Assembly: GCF_001194135.2 (NCBI RefSeq)
Contig: NC_068982.1
Location: forward strand, 152,162,715-152,226,714
From: Octopus bimaculoides
Lineage: Eukaryota
Direction of reading: 5' to 3'
Length of the DNA: 64,000 nucleotides
The notes under the pieces were generated by a model. The model did no database searches, was not told where the DNA came from, and saw nothing but the letters and a program-made list of their open reading frames with translations. Below are positions 62,963 to 64,000 of the stretch, in pieces; the first letter of the stretch is position 1, and each line of letters starts with the position of its first letter. The position numbers and the translations under genes were made by a program.

Positions 62963-64000
62963 ACCAACACTAGTGAAGTTTCCGTGTAGCTTGCAAGACT
63001 AAGGTCCACTCCCAATGAGTGGCACCAAAGTAGTGAGAGAAGTGGCTTAATACAAGGTGTTGAAAACTTAAAGTATATGCCTCTGTGTGTGTGTGTATGT
63101 GTGTGCGTGCATGTGTTTGTCTGTGTGTATGAGAGAGAGTGTGTGTGAGAGAGAGAGTGTGTGTGAGAGAGAGTGTGTGTGAGAGAGAGTGTGTGTGCGT
63201 GTGTGTATCACTGGTAGACCCAACACATCAAACAACACCTTGTTATTTTGTTGCATCACAATTCTAATCCATTCTGCCAAGGCTGATTCATCAGTCCACT
63301 TTATGTTGATGACCAAATAAATACCACAGAAACTACTGGTGTTGATATAAATAACTAAAAGCTTTAGAGTTCCAGTATGGCCAGACTCCTATAACTGAAA
63401 ATGATAAAAATATAAATGCAAATACTTTTTGTTAAAATGAAGTCAAAACAATAAGAAACAGCAGCAAAACATGAATGATAAATGTGTGGTTAAGGGATTT
63501 GCTTTCCAAGAACATGGTTTTGGGCTTGATTTCATTGTTATTTCATTTGAAGCATGTACCTTATCAGTGAAATTGGTAGATGCAAATTGTGTCTTTTCCT
63601 ATCCAAAAAGGATTTTCAGCCTAACATTTATACACTATTATTTATAACTTTATGTGTGTGCTTTGAGATATTCTAAAATGAGTTATTTCCCGTCCTCTCA
63701 AATGTTTATAAAATTCCTGTCAACAATATAATATATATATATACATATCTATATATATACACACACATACATATATATATATAATATATATATATATTTA
63801 TGTATGTACATATGTATGTAAGATGTACAGATGTTGTATATTAAGGAAAATGAGGCATATATATGTATATATATATATATATATACACACATACATATGT
63901 GTGTGTATATATATATATACATATGTGTATATATATATAAATATATATATGTACGTATATGTATATATGTATATGTATGTATATATATATATATATATAT

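Larger units (their letters stand above)
1370..64000. repeat. Very dense (TA)n, (CA/TG)n, (TAA)n, (CAT)n, (GATA)n and (CT)n microsatellites throughout
   Basis: Directly visible, e.g. 8170-8260, 9205-9270, 17190-17360, 36180-36220, 48865-48925, 52325-52385, 53740-53870, 55940-56005; they produce most ORF-track entries. Confidence 0.97.

Noticed and set aside
1318-63316. Dozens of ORF-track entries rich in [12 protein letters not shown] or X
   Set aside because: They are translations of (TA)n/(CA)n microsatellites and N gaps, not genes.

Overview
Eukaryotic, very AT-rich, microsatellite-laden genomic window with 10 N-gaps, most likely from a coleoid cephalopod (Octopus-like; inferred from repeat content and protein sequence, not proven). 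It holds the 3' half of one + strand HCN/Ih (hyperpolarization-activated, cyclic-nucleotide-gated) channel gene. Five exons splice in frame with canonical AG/GT sites: S5 (15432-15581), pore/S6 (25253-25471), C-linker (30074-30220), CNBD N-part (31646-31889) and CNBD C-part plus a long charged tail (49546-51065). I found no S1-S4 exon, so these presumably lie upstream of the window. The rest is intron and 3' flank filled with decayed mariner/Tc1 elements and MITEs, RTE and R4/Dong-like LINE fragments, Penelope-like GIY-YIG fragments, several SINE families and simple repeats. Best leads: (1) a tandem ~300-bp repeat 1.9 kb past the stop codon in which each unit carries a minimal type I hammerhead ribozyme relic (retrozyme/Penelope-like), plus a weaker second hammerhead relic in an intron; (2) a 51-nt in-frame candidate microexon for the S4-S5 linker; (3) a CpG-retaining, pri-miRNA-shaped intronic hairpin at 39.1 kb; (4) four long fold-back elements and an inverted Penelope-like pair that would form dsRNA; (5) a recurrent compact pseudoknot motif in the RTE 3' UTR. 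All alignments and folds were done by eye; no database search was run.
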